From Myxococcota bacterium (GTDB lineage: Bacteria; Myxococcota_A; UBA796; SXON01), in the NCBI GenBank assembly GCA_049322475.1, contig JBMOQZ010000316.1, forward strand, positions 918 through 64,917: DNA of 64,000 nt, in the 5' to 3' direction. Shown in pieces: positions 16,686-27,000 of the stretch. The notes beneath the pieces were generated by a model. The model made no database searches. It was not told the origin of the DNA and saw only the letters and a program-made list of their open reading frames with translations. Positions within the stretch are counted from its first letter, which is position 1. Each line of letters begins with the position of its first letter. Position numbers and translations under genes: made by a program.

Positions 16686-19600
16686 TCGCCCCCCTCGCGC
16701 GCCGAGATCGTCGTGTCGTACATGGCCTCGACCGTGACGGGCGGCAGCCAGAACCGGCCGAGGTAGCTCGCGTTCACCGGGATGCGCACATCCAGCGACG
16801 CGCCCGGGGCGAGGTCGAAGTACGTGTACACGCGGTCGTCGCGGACGTCGCGGTACTGGTACCCCTCGCCCTTGCCAGGCGACGCGCCGGCGATCTCCCA
16901 GCCGGACGGGAACACCTGCGAGAGCGCGAGCTCCTGCAGCTTGCGACCCGTCGTGTTGCGCACCACCACGTGCGCGACGAGGCTCGTGCCCTGCTCGAGC
17001 GAGCGCGCGCCGAGCTCCACGCCGGACGGCGACTCGTACGTGACGTCGAGGTCGAGGCCCTCGGAGACGTCGGCGTACTCGCCGCCCACGGGCGGGAGGC
17101 CTCGGGCGATCACGCGCACGAACAACGTCCCTGCCGACTGCGAGGTGAGCGCGAACTTGCCCGCGGTGGCCTTGCCGACCGGCACCTTCACCTGCGCGAT
17201 CGGCTTCGCGCTCTTCACGGCCGTCGCCTTGCCGCCGTCGAACGACCACTCGAACGCGGTCTCGGCGGCGTCGGCCCGGTCCACGCCGAAGCGGGACAGC
17301 GCGACGAGCGCTTGCGCCGTCTCCTGGGTGGAGAGGAACCCGTCGCGGGTGAGCCCGTCGCTCACGAGCGTCGCGAGCTGCGGGGCGCGCGGATCGCCGA
17401 GGAGCACGAGCGCCTCGAGCAGCAGCGCGCGGTCGCGCAGCGGCGAGCCGAACGTGCCGCCCAGCTCGCGGGTCTCGGACACGGTCGTGTCGGTCTTCCC
17501 GACGACCTGCTTCGCGGTGGCCGCCTGCCCGGCGAGCTGCCACGCGGCGGCGAGGCGCCAGCGCGCGGTCGGCGAGAGCGTCGACTCCGAGAGCCGGTTC
17601 ATCGCGCCGACGTCGGGGCTACCGGCGAGCGCCATCGTGTAGAGGCGGTAGGCCTGATCGAGGTCGCTGCGGTCGCCGACGTTGCTCCACCGGTCCGCGC
17701 GGGCGCGCTGGGCCTTGAGCCACGCGGACTTCATCGCGCCGGGCACGACGTAGCCGTTGCGCTCGGCCTCCACGAGGAAGTGCCCCGCGTAGCTCGTGCT
17801 CCAGGGGTCGCCGGACTCGCCGGGCCAGTAGCCGAAGCCGCCGTCGCCGCTCTGGAAGCCGGCGAGCTTGGAGATCGCGGCGCGGACGTGCTTCGACGCG
17901 GCCTCCGCCTCGGCGGGCGACAAGTCGATCACCTTGTGGAGCGCCACCTGAGGGAACGCCGCGGAGAGCGTCTGCTCGAGGCAGCCGTGCGGGTACTGCA
18001 GGAGCTCCGGCAGGCGCGAGCCGAGCTGCAGAGGCGGCATCCGCGAGACCTCGAGCGTGACGTCGTTGCTGCCGGCCATGCCCACGAAGGCGACCTGCTC
18101 GCTCCAGCTCTTCCCGCCCTTCACGGTCGCGGCGACCGCGTGCGTGGCGGGCGCGCCGGGGTGGCGCACGTCGATCTCGATGGTCTGCGTGGTCTTCTCG
18201 CCGCCGCCCGTCGTGGTGACGGTCACCTTCGCGACGCCGAGCGTGTCGCCGACGCGGAGGCGGAAGCTCGCCATCTTCTCGCCCGGCTGCGAGAACTTCA
18301 GGGTCTTCGGCTTGCCGTCGGCGAGCGCGACCGGCCCGGACGTCTCGACCTTCACGGTCGCGTCCTTCAGCTTCGGGTCCATGACCCACACGGAGACGGG
18401 CAGCTCCACCTCCTCGCCGGGGCCGAGCACGCGGGGCAGCGTCGCGAGCGCCATGAGCGGGGCGCGCACGGGCACGCTCTTCTCCGCCGACCCGAACGCG
18501 GCGCCCTTGCCGGCGACCACCATGACGCGCACCTCGCCGACGTAGGCGGGCAGCGGGATGTCGCGCTCGTCCGTCGCGCCGGCGGCGAGGGTCAGGGGGC
18601 CCTCGAAGTACACGACCGGCTTGAAGCGCTGCGCCTTCGGCCGCTTGTTGAGCTCGGCCTCGCCGTCGCCGCCGATGGCGAGCAATTGCTCCAGCGTGCC
18701 GCCGTAGCTGTTGGCGACCCGGTCGAAGAGATCCCAGGTGCGGACGCCCAGCGCCTCGCGGGCGTAGAACGTGTCCCAGGGGTTGGGGGTCTGGTGGCGC
18801 GTGAGCCCGAGCAGGCCCTCGTCCACGACCGCGAGCGTGTAGGTCATCGCGCGGCCCTTCGCCTCGCGGATCGAGACGTGCGCGGTGCGCTCGGGGCGCC
18901 ACTCGCCGTCGGTGGCGATCTGCGGCTCGAGCTTCGTCGCCGGGTCGTAGACCGCGATCGGCACGATGCCGTAGAGCCGCATCGGCGCGTCGTTGGCGAG
19001 CGTCTGGTGCGGCTGGATCACCGTGACGTGCGCGTAGATCGTCGGCGCCATGCCGGCCTCGGCCGTGAACGTGACCTGCGCGGTGTCGGCGCCCGACGGG
19101 GTCGCCCACCACGACTTCACGACGCGGGCGCCGTCCTCGAGGCTGACCAGCGCGCGCGCGCCGGCGGGCAGCGGGAACGAGAGCGTGACCGGCTGACCGA
19201 CCTCCACCTTGTCCTTGTCCGTCGTCAGCGAAAGGACGCTCGCGCCGCCGGGCTGGTCCTTGCTCGCGCGCCCCGCCCACCCGGGCCAGTCGACGTACAC
19301 GACCTTGCCGGAGGTGTGCCCGCTCTCCACGTCGTGCGCGGTCACGAGGTAGCGGCCCCACTCGGGGTAGCGGATCTGGAACTCCCAGGTGGCCTCGCCG
19401 CCCTTCAGGTTGACCTCGCCGCTGGCGAGCTCGTGGCGGGACTCGACGCCGGCATAGCTGGCGGGGTCCTCCTCGCCCTGCTCCCACCAGTAGCGCCACT
19501 GGAGCTTGCGGACCGACATGCGGACGACGCCGTCGCCGGTGGGCTTGCCGTCGGCGTTCACGGCGACGACGCGCACCTTGTGGGGCGTGTCGGTGAGCAG

Positions 19601-22153
19601 CATCCCGCGGGCCTTGTCGCCCTTCGGCAGCGCGAGGCCGACGTACCGCTCGTACGGCGAGACGTCGACGCTCACCTCGTCCACCGAGGCCGCGCCGCTC
19701 GGCTCGTACACGCGCGTGCGCAGCGTGCCGGTCAGCATCCCGGGCGAGGGCGGGGCCTCGAACGACGCCGCGACCGTGGCCTTGCCCTCGTCGTCGAGCG
19801 TGCCCTGCCAGATCTGCTCGGGCTCGCTGTGGAAGGCGACCGAGGGGTCGTCGAAGGTGAACTCTTCGTAGCGCGCGAAGGTCGTGGCCTTCGGGCGCAG
19901 CGAGAGCTCGACGTCCGCGTCCATGCCCTGCGCGATGGCGCCGTGGAGCCAGCGCGACGACAACGTGCTGGAGAGCTTCAGGTCCGGCGCGCGCAAGCCC
20001 CCCTTCGGGACCGGCAGCTCGATCTTCAGCCGGTTGGGCATGACCGTCTCGACGCGGAGCTGCTTCTGGAAGACGGCGCCGCCCGCGCGCACGAGCGCGG
20101 TGTACTTGCCCGTGGGGGCGTCGCCCGGGGTGGACGTGCGGATCGCGTAGAAGCCGTCGACGCCGCTCGCGATCGTGCGGGTCTCGACGGTCTGGCCGCG
20201 AGGGTTGCGGAGCTGGAACTCGATCGGGTGGCTCGCCGGCACCTCCCCCTTCGCGTCGTGGAGCACGAACGTGAGGAACATGGGATCGCCCGGCCGCCAG
20301 ACGCCGCGCTCGCCGTAGAGGTAGCCCTTCAGGCCGTCCGACACCTGGGCGCCGCCCACGTCGAAGTGCGCGACGGACAGGGCCTCGCCGCGGTCGAGCC
20401 GCAGCCACGAGACCTGCCCGTTCGCGCGCCCGACCACCGCGAAGGGGTGCTCGTCCTTGCCGGCGAGGTCCGCGAACCCGTCGGTGTTCGTGGAGGCCCG
20501 GGCGAGCGGCTGGAGCTGGAAGTCCAGCAGCGTCACGTCGGCGCCGGAGAGCGGCGCGCCCGTGCGGAGGTCCGTCGCGACGACGCCGACGCTCCCGCCC
20601 GCGCCCTGCCGCGCGGTGAGGCCCACGTCGGTGACGATCACGTTGCGGCTCGCGACGCGACCGTTCTGCGCCCAGGAGTAGTCGACGTAGTAGGAGCGGT
20701 CGCACGGGTCGTCGCGGCGGTCCCAGTCCCAGTACCAGCCGTCCTCCACGGTCCAGCTGTCCCAGAAGCTCGACTCGCTGGACGTGGCGTCCCACGGCTG
20801 CTCCGGCGCGGCCGCGCGCTCCTCCCAGGGCTCGCCCACGCAGTCCCAGGCGATGTCGCGGCGGCCGAAGCTCACCTTCAGGCGGTAGAGCCCCGTGGGG
20901 TGGTCCTTCACCAGCGCGGAGAGGTCGAGCCCCACGCGCACCCAGCGGTTGTGGGCGTCGGCGGCGTCGATCTTCACCTTCTCCTTCCACACCACCGTGC
21001 CGACGCGGCGGAGCTCGTCGTCGCCGCCGAGGTCGTTGACCTGGAGGAACTGCGGGACGTTCGACTCGTACACCCGGGTGGCCTCGACCTCGACGGACGT
21101 GACGTTCACGACCTCCAGCGGGACCGTGAGGTTCGCGCTCGTGGGCAGGATGACGCTGTCGCCGACGAAGCGCACCTGCGGCTTGAGCGGCTCGAAGCTC
21201 ACGACCTCGGTGCGCGGCTCGAGCAGCTTGTAGCCGCGCGCGTTCTTCACGCCGGCGATCTGGACCTCCTCGGTGGGGCTCCAGACGCCGGACGTGTAGA
21301 CGCGCACGACGCTGCCGTCGACGTCGAAGCGCAGGTCCTCGCGGCCGGCGACGCGCACGAGCCCGCGCAGGTCCTGCTTCGCGGCGAGCGGATCGCTGAA
21401 GCGGATCTCGATCAGGCGGTCGCCCTCGATCTGGGCCCGGACCGTGGACACCACGAACTGGTTGAGGCCGGGCACCTGCACCGGCACCACCTCCGCCTTC
21501 TCCGCGCCGATCGGCGAGCCGTCGAACGAGAGCGTGAGCGTGGAGCCGCGCTCCACGCGGCGGATCCCCTCGACGGTGTAGCGGTGGGCGAGCCCGTCGT
21601 GCTCCCAGGTCACGGTGAGCGGGTCCTCGCCGTGGCGCGCGGTCAGCATCTTCTCGACGGCGGCCGCGTCCGCGACGTCGGCGAGGTCGAGCGCGCCGCG
21701 GTACCGCTGGGCGACGCCCTCGGCGTCGGCGGCCTCGAGCCCGATCGCGATCGGGCGGAAGTCCGGGCGGGCGACCGCGAACTGGAACCGGAAGGCGGGC
21801 TTGCCGGGCACGACCTTGCCGGCGTCGAAGACGACGTCGTAGACCTCGCCCGGGGGCAGCTCCTTCGCGGGGCGGTACTCGATCTGCTGGCGCGAGGTCC
21901 ACGTCGCCGCGCCCTCGATCGCGGGCGAGAACGTGAACGGCGACGTCGCCGGCGACGCGCCGACCGCCGCCTCCTCCACGACCTCGGACGTGAAGCGCAC
22001 GGTGACCGCGCTCGCGCGGGACACGAGCCCCGCGGTGTGCGCGGCGACGAGCTCCTCGGGGGCCTCGGCGAGGACCTCCGCTGGCTTGTCGGCGGGCTTG
22101 CAGGCGAACGCGAGGACGACGGCGCAGAGCGCAACGAGGCGGACGAGCGGCAT
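16652..22153 (-). CDS. yfhM: Bacterial alpha-2-macroglobulin family lipoprotein with intact thioester motif
   Basis: 1833 aa with lipoprotein signal MPLVRLVALCAVVLAFAC. The CLEQ thioester is present (YPHGCLEQTLS). It sits immediately upstream of pbpC, as in the known yfhM-pbpC pair. Confidence 0.95.
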   Translation of the reverse strand: MPLVRLVALCAVVLAFACKPADKPAEVLAEAPEELVAAHTAGLVSRASAVTVRFTSEVVEEAAVGASPATSPFTFSPAIEGAATWTSRQQIEYRPAKELPPGEVYDVVFDAGKVVPGKPAFRFQFAVARPDFRPIAIGLEAADAEGVAQRYRGALDLADVADAAAVEKMLTARHGEDPLTVTWEHDGLAHRYTVEGIRRVERGSTLTLSFDGSPIGAEKAEVVPVQVPGLNQFVVSTVRAQIEGDRLIEIRFSDPLAAKQDLRGLVRVAGREDLRFDVDGSVVRVYTSGVWSPTEEVQIAGVKNARGYKLLEPRTEVVSFEPLKPQVRFVGDSVILPTSANLTVPLEVVNVTSVEVEATRVYESNVPQFLQVNDLGGDDELRRVGTVVWKEKVKIDAADAHNRWVRVGLDLSALVKDHPTGLYRLKVSFGRRDIAWDCVGEPWEERAAAPEQPWDATSSESSFWDSWTVEDGWYWDWDRRDDPCDRSYYVDYSWAQNGRVASRNVIVTDVGLTARQGAGGSVGVVATDLRTGAPLSGADVTLLDFQLQPLARASTNTDGFADLAGKDEHPFAVVGRANGQVSWLRLDRGEALSVAHFDVGGAQVSDGLKGYLYGERGVWRPGDPMFLTFVLHDAKGEVPASHPIEFQLRNPRGQTVETRTIASGVDGFYAIRTSTPGDAPTGKYTALVRAGGAVFQKQLRVETVMPNRLKIELPVPKGGLRAPDLKLSSTLSSRWLHGAIAQGMDADVELSLRPKATTFARYEEFTFDDPSVAFHSEPEQIWQGTLDDEGKATVAASFEAPPSPGMLTGTLRTRVYEPSGAASVDEVSVDVSPYERYVGLALPKGDKARGMLLTDTPHKVRVVAVNADGKPTGDGVVRMSVRKLQWRYWWEQGEEDPASYAGVESRHELASGEVNLKGGEATWEFQIRYPEWGRYLVTAHDVESGHTSGKVVYVDWPGWAGRASKDQPGGASVLSLTTDKDKVEVGQPVTLSFPLPAGARALVSLEDGARVVKSWWATPSGADTAQVTFTAEAGMAPTIYAHVTVIQPHQTLANDAPMRLYGIVPIAVYDPATKLEPQIATDGEWRPERTAHVSIREAKGRAMTYTLAVVDEGLLGLTRHQTPNPWDTFYAREALGVRTWDLFDRVANSYGGTLEQLLAIGGDGEAELNKRPKAQRFKPVVYFEGPLTLAAGATDERDIPLPAYVGEVRVMVVAGKGAAFGSAEKSVPVRAPLMALATLPRVLGPGEEVELPVSVWVMDPKLKDATVKVETSGPVALADGKPKTLKFSQPGEKMASFRLRVGDTLGVAKVTVTTTGGGEKTTQTIEIDVRHPGAPATHAVAATVKGGKSWSEQVAFVGMAGSNDVTLEVSRMPPLQLGSRLPELLQYPHGCLEQTLSAAFPQVALHKVIDLSPAEAEAASKHVRAAISKLAGFQSGDGGFGYWPGESGDPWSTSYAGHFLVEAERNGYVVPGAMKSAWLKAQRARADRWSNVGDRSDLDQAYRLYTMALAGSPDVGAMNRLSESTLSPTARWRLAAAWQLAGQAATAKQVVGKTDTTVSETRELGGTFGSPLRDRALLLEALVLLGDPRAPQLATLVSDGLTRDGFLSTQETAQALVALSRFGVDRADAAETAFEWSFDGGKATAVKSAKPIAQVKVPVGKATAGKFALTSQSAGTLFVRVIARGLPPVGGEYADVSEGLDLDVTYESPSGVELGARSLEQGTSLVAHVVVRNTTGRKLQELALSQVFPSGWEIAGASPGKGEGYQYRDVRDDRVYTYFDLAPGASLDVRIPVNASYLGRFWLPPVTVEAMYDTTISAREGGEWVEVTSQLVD

Positions 22154-22300
22154 GGCCGAGCGTACTGCATGCGGCGTGCCCGGGGGGGAGGCCGGGGGGC
22201 GGAGGGGGAAATCTACGGTTGGTGGAGGGGCGGTTGCCGAAGAGAGAGCGCTCGCCCGGTGGAGGGCCGTCCCGCCGAGCAGGCGGCCGTGACCGTGGGG

Positions 22301-22786
22301 TCAGCGCGACAGGCGCCGGCGGAGGGCGCCGAGGTCGGTCCGCGCGGTGACGTAGCAGGGCTGGAACCCGAGCGCGCGCCAGGTGTCCTCGCCGAGCGCG
22401 TTGCCGGGGACATATTGCAGCACGACCCGCGAGACCTGCTGGGCCGCGAAGAACGCGGTGAGCTCGCCGAGCAGCCCGCGGGCGACGCCGCGCCGCCGGT
22501 GCGCGGCCTCGACCCACACCTCGTCGACGTTCCCGCAGCGGACGTGCTCGAGGCCGACGTGGTCCTCGACGCGGCCGGCCGTCATGCCCACGAGCTCGCC
22601 CGCGGCCTCGGCGACGAAGACGCGGGCGCGCGCGTGGTCGAGCATGGCGGCGTAGCGGTGCCGCAGCTCCGCGATGCTGGCGCGGACCAGCCCGGGGTCG
22701 ACCGCGGCGTGGTGCGCGCGGTTGGCCATCCCGAAGACCACGAGGCGCTGCAGGTCGGCGGGGGTGGCAGGGCGGACGAGGTACAC
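22301..22786 (-). CDS. GNAT-family N-acetyltransferase
   Basis: GTG 22786 gives 161 aa within track ORF 22301..23122. The acetyl-CoA motif is VWVEAAHRRRGVARGLL. Confidence 0.8.
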   Translation of the reverse strand: MYLVRPATPADLQRLVVFGMANRAHHAAVDPGLVRASIAELRHRYAAMLDHARARVFVAEAAGELVGMTAGRVEDHVGLEHVRCGNVDEVWVEAAHRRRGVARGLLGELTAFFAAQQVSRVVLQYVPGNALGEDTWRALGFQPCYVTARTDLGALRRRLSR

Positions 22787-22825
22787 GTCGGGGGCGTAAC
22801 GTGGGGGGATCGTCCGGGGGGTCGC

Positions 22826-22968
22826 GGCGGCGGAGGCCACCCCTGCTCCCCTCGCGGCGAGGGCGCGGCGGTCATGGAGGCCCCCCTGCCCGGCAGGTCC
22901 CCCGTCGGCGACCGCGGGGCGGTCCTGGAGGCGACCCCTGCCCGGAAGGTCAGAGGCCCGTGACCGCG
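22826..22968. repeat. Tandem array, about 2.7 copies of the 51-52-bp REP-52 unit
   Basis: GGTCATGGAGG starts at 22870 and GGTCCTGGAGG at 22921, with a partial copy before them. It has the same GACCGC/GCGGTC and CCTGCC/GGCAGG hairpins as 9259..9592. It abuts the 3' end of the RAYT-like gene. Confidence 0.85.
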
Positions 22969-22973
22969 AGCCT

Positions 22974-23795
22974 CTACTTGAACGGCCGCGTCGGCGACGC
23001 GCGCTCGCCGAGGGAGAGGCGGTGCCCCATCCGCAGCGCGATCGCGCGCTCGAGGTCCGGGTCCGGCGAGCCGGCTCGCAAGCGCCGCACGGATCGCTCG
23101 GAGAGAGACAGCGCATCGGCAATCACCGCGGGCCTCAGCTCCGCGGCGGCGACCCGCACGGCCGCGGCCCTCGCGCGCGCGGCGCGGTCCGAGGCGTCCA
23201 GCGCGGCGAGACCCACGGCCCCGGCCGCGGCGTCGGCGAGCCACTCGCCGCGCACGGCGGGCTCGAGCCCGGCGACCTCGAGGAGCCCGAGCAGCAGCTC
23301 GCGGCTCACACGCCGGACCTTGGACCGAACTCGCTGGATGAAACCCTCCGGCCCGAGACGGAGGCCGAGCAGCTCCTGGATGGACGACGCGTCGTGCAGC
23401 GGATCGAGGTCGACACGGTGCTTCTTCTCGTTCCCCAACACGTACGAGAAGGTACGGTCCACGTGCGACTGCTTCCACATCGCCTCGAAATGGCACGGGA
23501 AGAAGCCCGCCGAGATCTCGAAGGACTGCGCGAGCGACGATCCGAGCGCCTGCGCGAAGGCGGACGCCTCCGCGCGCGTGCAGGCGTTCACCGTGTGCAG
23601 GTGGTCGTCCGAGGCGCGGAAGCCGAACAGCTGGAAGCGCGCGCCGATGCGATGGACGGTCTCCGCGAGCATGCGCTGCGCGCGCGAGTCCGGCGCCAGG
23701 ATGCGCGAGTCGCGCGCCCGAAACGTCAGGTGCCAGCCGATTGGCTCGTCGTCGTCCACGGCGGCGAACGGTAGGCACGGTCGCGACAGCGGCAA
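22974..23795 (-). CDS. Y1/HUH (IS200/RAYT-like) tyrosine transposase homologue with a C-terminal HTH-containing extension
   Basis: Motifs: WHLTFRAR strand, HUH motif DDHLHTV, then CHFEAMW...FSYVLGNEKKH (Y-x3-N-x2-K-H as in RAYTs). The C-terminal 130 aa contain ADALSLSERSVRRLR. The track start 23795 is TTG; GTG 23759 is an alternative. The gene looks lower in GC than its neighbours. Confidence 0.7.
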   Translation of the reverse strand: MPLSRPCLPFAAVDDDEPIGWHLTFRARDSRILAPDSRAQRMLAETVHRIGARFQLFGFRASDDHLHTVNACTRAEASAFAQALGSSLAQSFEISAGFFPCHFEAMWKQSHVDRTFSYVLGNEKKHRVDLDPLHDASSIQELLGLRLGPEGFIQRVRSKVRRVSRELLLGLLEVAGLEPAVRGEWLADAAAGAVGLAALDASDRAARARAAAVRVAAAELRPAVIADALSLSERSVRRLRAGSPDPDLERAIALRMGHRLSLGERASPTRPFK

Positions 23796-23837
23796 GAGGC
23801 AAACTCGCGCTCACCCGGGGCACCCTTCGCCGAAGGT

Positions 23838-24010
23838 GTCCTCGTGGCGACCGCCACGCGGTCATGGAGGCCACCCCTGTTCGGAAGGTCCCCCGTCGGC
23901 GACCGCCGAGCGGTCACGGAGGCCACCCCTGCCGGGCAGGTCCCCCGTCGGCGACCGCCGAGCGGTCACGGAGGCCACCCCTGCTCGGCAGGTCCCCCGT
24001 CGGCGACCGG
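23838..24010. repeat. Tandem array, about 3.4 copies of the 52-bp REP-52 unit
   Basis: Units start at 23860, 23912 and 23964 (an exact 52-nt period), with a partial copy before them. It lies between the RAYT-like gene start and metH. Confidence 0.9.
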
Positions 24011-24089
24011 TCCTTCGACCCCACGACGCAGGTGACGACCCGTCCATCGGTACATCGTGATATACCGTCAACCTGCCTCGGAGCCCCCC

Positions 24090-27000
24090 ATGAGCACGTT
24101 CCTCGACGCCCTCGCCGACCGCGTCCTGATCTTCGACGGGGGCATGGGGACGCAGCTGCAGGGCTTCAACCTGCCGCTCTCGGACTACAACGGGCTCGAG
24201 AACTGCTCCGAGGTCCTGAACTTCACGCGCCCCGACGTCGTGGGGACGATCCACCGCCGCTACTTCGAGGTCGGCGCCGACATCGTCGAGACCAACAGCT
24301 TCGGCGGCGCGCCCTGGGTGCTCGCGGAGTTCGGGCTCGCGGAGGAGTGCGTGCGCATCAACCGCGTCGCCGCCGAGATCGCCCGGGAGGCCGCCCACGC
24401 CTTCACGACCGAGGCTCGCCCGCGCTTCGTGGCCGGGAGCATCGGGCCGGGCACGCGGCTGCCGTCGCTCGGGCACATCGCCTGGGACGAGATGTTCGCC
24501 GGCTACCGCCTGCAGGTGCGCGGCCTCGTGGAGGGCGGCGCGGACGTGCTCCTCGTCGAGACGTGCCAGGACCTCCTCCAGACGAAGTGCGCGCTCGCCG
24601 CGATCTACGCGGAGCTCGAGGCCCTCGGCCGCAAGGTGCCCGTCATGGCGCAGGTCACGATGGAGACCACCGGCACGATGCTGCTCGGCAGCGACATCGC
24701 CACCGCCGTCACCGTGCTCGAGCCCTACCCCGTCGATCTCGTCGGCCTCAACTGCGCGACCGGGCCCCAGGAGATGGCGGCCCACGTCGCCTACCTCGGC
24801 CGCCACACCACGCGGCGCATCTCCGTGCTCCCCAACGCCGGCCTGCCCCAGCTCGTCGACGGCAAGACGCGCTACCCGCTCTCGCCCGAGGAGCTCGCCG
24901 ACTGGCACGAACGCTTCACCACCCAGGACGGCGTCGGCGCCGTCGGCGGCTGCTGCGGCACCACCCCGGACCACATCCGCGCCGTCGCCGCGCGGATCCT
25001 CGGCAAGAAGCCGAAGGTCCGCCACCCGGAGCTCGTGCCCAGCGTGGCGTCGCTCTACGGCACCGTGCCCTTGCGCCAGCAGGCCGACATCTTCGCCGTC
25101 GGCGAGCGCACCAACGCCAACGGGTCGCGACAGTTCAAGCGCATGCTCGACGCGCAGGACTGGGACGGCATGGTGGGCATGGGCAAGCAGCAGGTGAAAC
25201 ACGGCTCCCACGCCATCGACGTCTGCACCGCCTACGTCGGCCGCGACGAGGTCCGCGACATGGACGAGCTCGTCCGGCGCATGGTCACGAGCGTGCACGG
25301 GCCCCTCGTCATCGACTCCACCGAGGTCCCGGTGCTCGAGGCCGCGCTCAAGCGCATCGGCGGCAAGGCCATCGTGAACTCGATCAACCTCGAGGACGGC
25401 GAGGAGCGCCTCGATCGGGTGTGCCAACTGTGTCGTCGCCACGGCGCGGCGGTCATCGCGCTCACCATCGACGAGGTGGGCATGGCGAAGGAGCCCGCCC
25501 GCAAGCTCGAGATCGCGCGGCGTATCCACGACCTCGCCGTGAACCGGCACGGGATGTCGCCCGACGACATCCTCTTCGACCCCCTCACCTTCACGATCTG
25601 CACCGGCAACGAGGACGATCGCAAGCTCGGGCTCTGGACGCTGGAAGGCATCCGCCTCATCGCGGAGCACTTCCCGCGGTGTGGCATCCTGCTGGGGCTG
25701 TCCAACATCAGCTTCGGGCTCAACCCGCACGCGCGCCACGTGCTCAACTCGGTGTACCTGCACCACGCGCGCGAGGCCGGGCTCACCGCCGCGATCGTGC
25801 ACGCCGACAAGATCACGCCGCTGTTCAAGATCCCGGAGGAGCAGCGGGTCGTCTGCGAGGACCTGATCTTCGACCGCCGGCGCGAGGGCTACGATCCGCT
25901 CCAGGCGCTGCTCGCGCTGTTCGCGGACGTCAAGAAGGACGACACGGTCAAGCCGAAGGCGGCGAGCGTGGAGGCCCGGCTCAAGGACCGCATCGTCGAC
26001 GGCGAGCGCCCCGGCATCGAGGCCGACCTCGACGAGGCCCTCCAGCGTTACAGCCCCCTCGCCGTCATCAACGACATCCTGCTCGACGGCATGAAGGTGG
26101 TCGGCGAGCTCTTCGGCTCCGGCCAGATGCAGCTCCCCTTCGTGCTCCAGAGCGCGGAGACGATGAAGGCGGCGGTGGCGTACCTCCAGCCGTTCATGGA
26201 GAAGTCGGAGGGGCCGGCGAAGGGCACGATGGTGCTCGCGACGGTGCGCGGCGACGTCCACGACATCGGCAAGAACCTCGTCGACATCATCCTCACCAAC
26301 AACGGCTACCGGGTGGTGAACATCGGCATCAAGCAGCCGATCGACCAGATCCTGAAGGCCGCGCAGGAGCACGGCGCCGACGCCATCGGGATGAGCGGGC
26401 TCCTCGTGAAGAGCACCGTCATCATGAAGGAGAACCTCGAGGAGATGCGCCGGCAGGGCTGGACCACGCCGGTCGTGCTCGGCGGCGCGGCGCTCACCCG
26501 CGGCTACGTCGAGGCCGACTGCTCCCAATCGTACGGGCGCAAGGTGGCGTACGCCAAAGACGCCTTCTCCGGCCTGCAGTTCATGGAGGGCCTGTCGAAG
26601 TGGGACGACACCCTCGCGCCCGTACTGGACGAGGGTCCCAAGTCGGCCCCCGCGCGCGGCGAGCGCCCCATCCCGTACGACGAGCGCGACGGCGAGCCCG
26701 TCCGCCCCGTCGACGCGCCCACGCCGCCCTTCTGGGGCAGCCGCCTCGTGGAGGTGCCGCTCAAGGCGCTGATCCCGTTCGTCAACGAGGACGTCCTCTT
26801 CAAGTTCCAGTGGGGCTTCCTGCGTAAGAACCTCACCGTCGAGGAGCACAGGGAGCAGCTCCGCACCGTCGCGAAGCCCATCCTCGTCGAGCTCGCCGAC
26901 CGCTGCGCGCGCGAGGGCATCCTCCAGCCGCGCGCGACCTACGGCTGGTTCCGATGTCGCCGCGACGGCGACGCGCTGGTGCTGGAGGACGGGACCCGGC

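Larger units (their letters stand above)
22826..24010 (-). mobile_element. Candidate REPtron: RAYT-like Y1 transposase gene flanked on both sides by REP-52 arrays
   Basis: This is the combination of features 22826..22968, 22974..23795 and 23838..24010. See the findings. Confidence 0.5.

Noticed and set aside
16427-22963. 2178-aa plus-strand ORF covering the whole alpha-2-macroglobulin region
   Set aside because: It is antisense to a gene with unambiguous family motifs. Its translation is Arg/Gly/Ala/Pro/Glu-rich low-complexity sequence with no motifs. This is the typical stop-codon-poor antisense frame of a very GC-rich genome. The same reasoning applies to 17619..22517 (-)..
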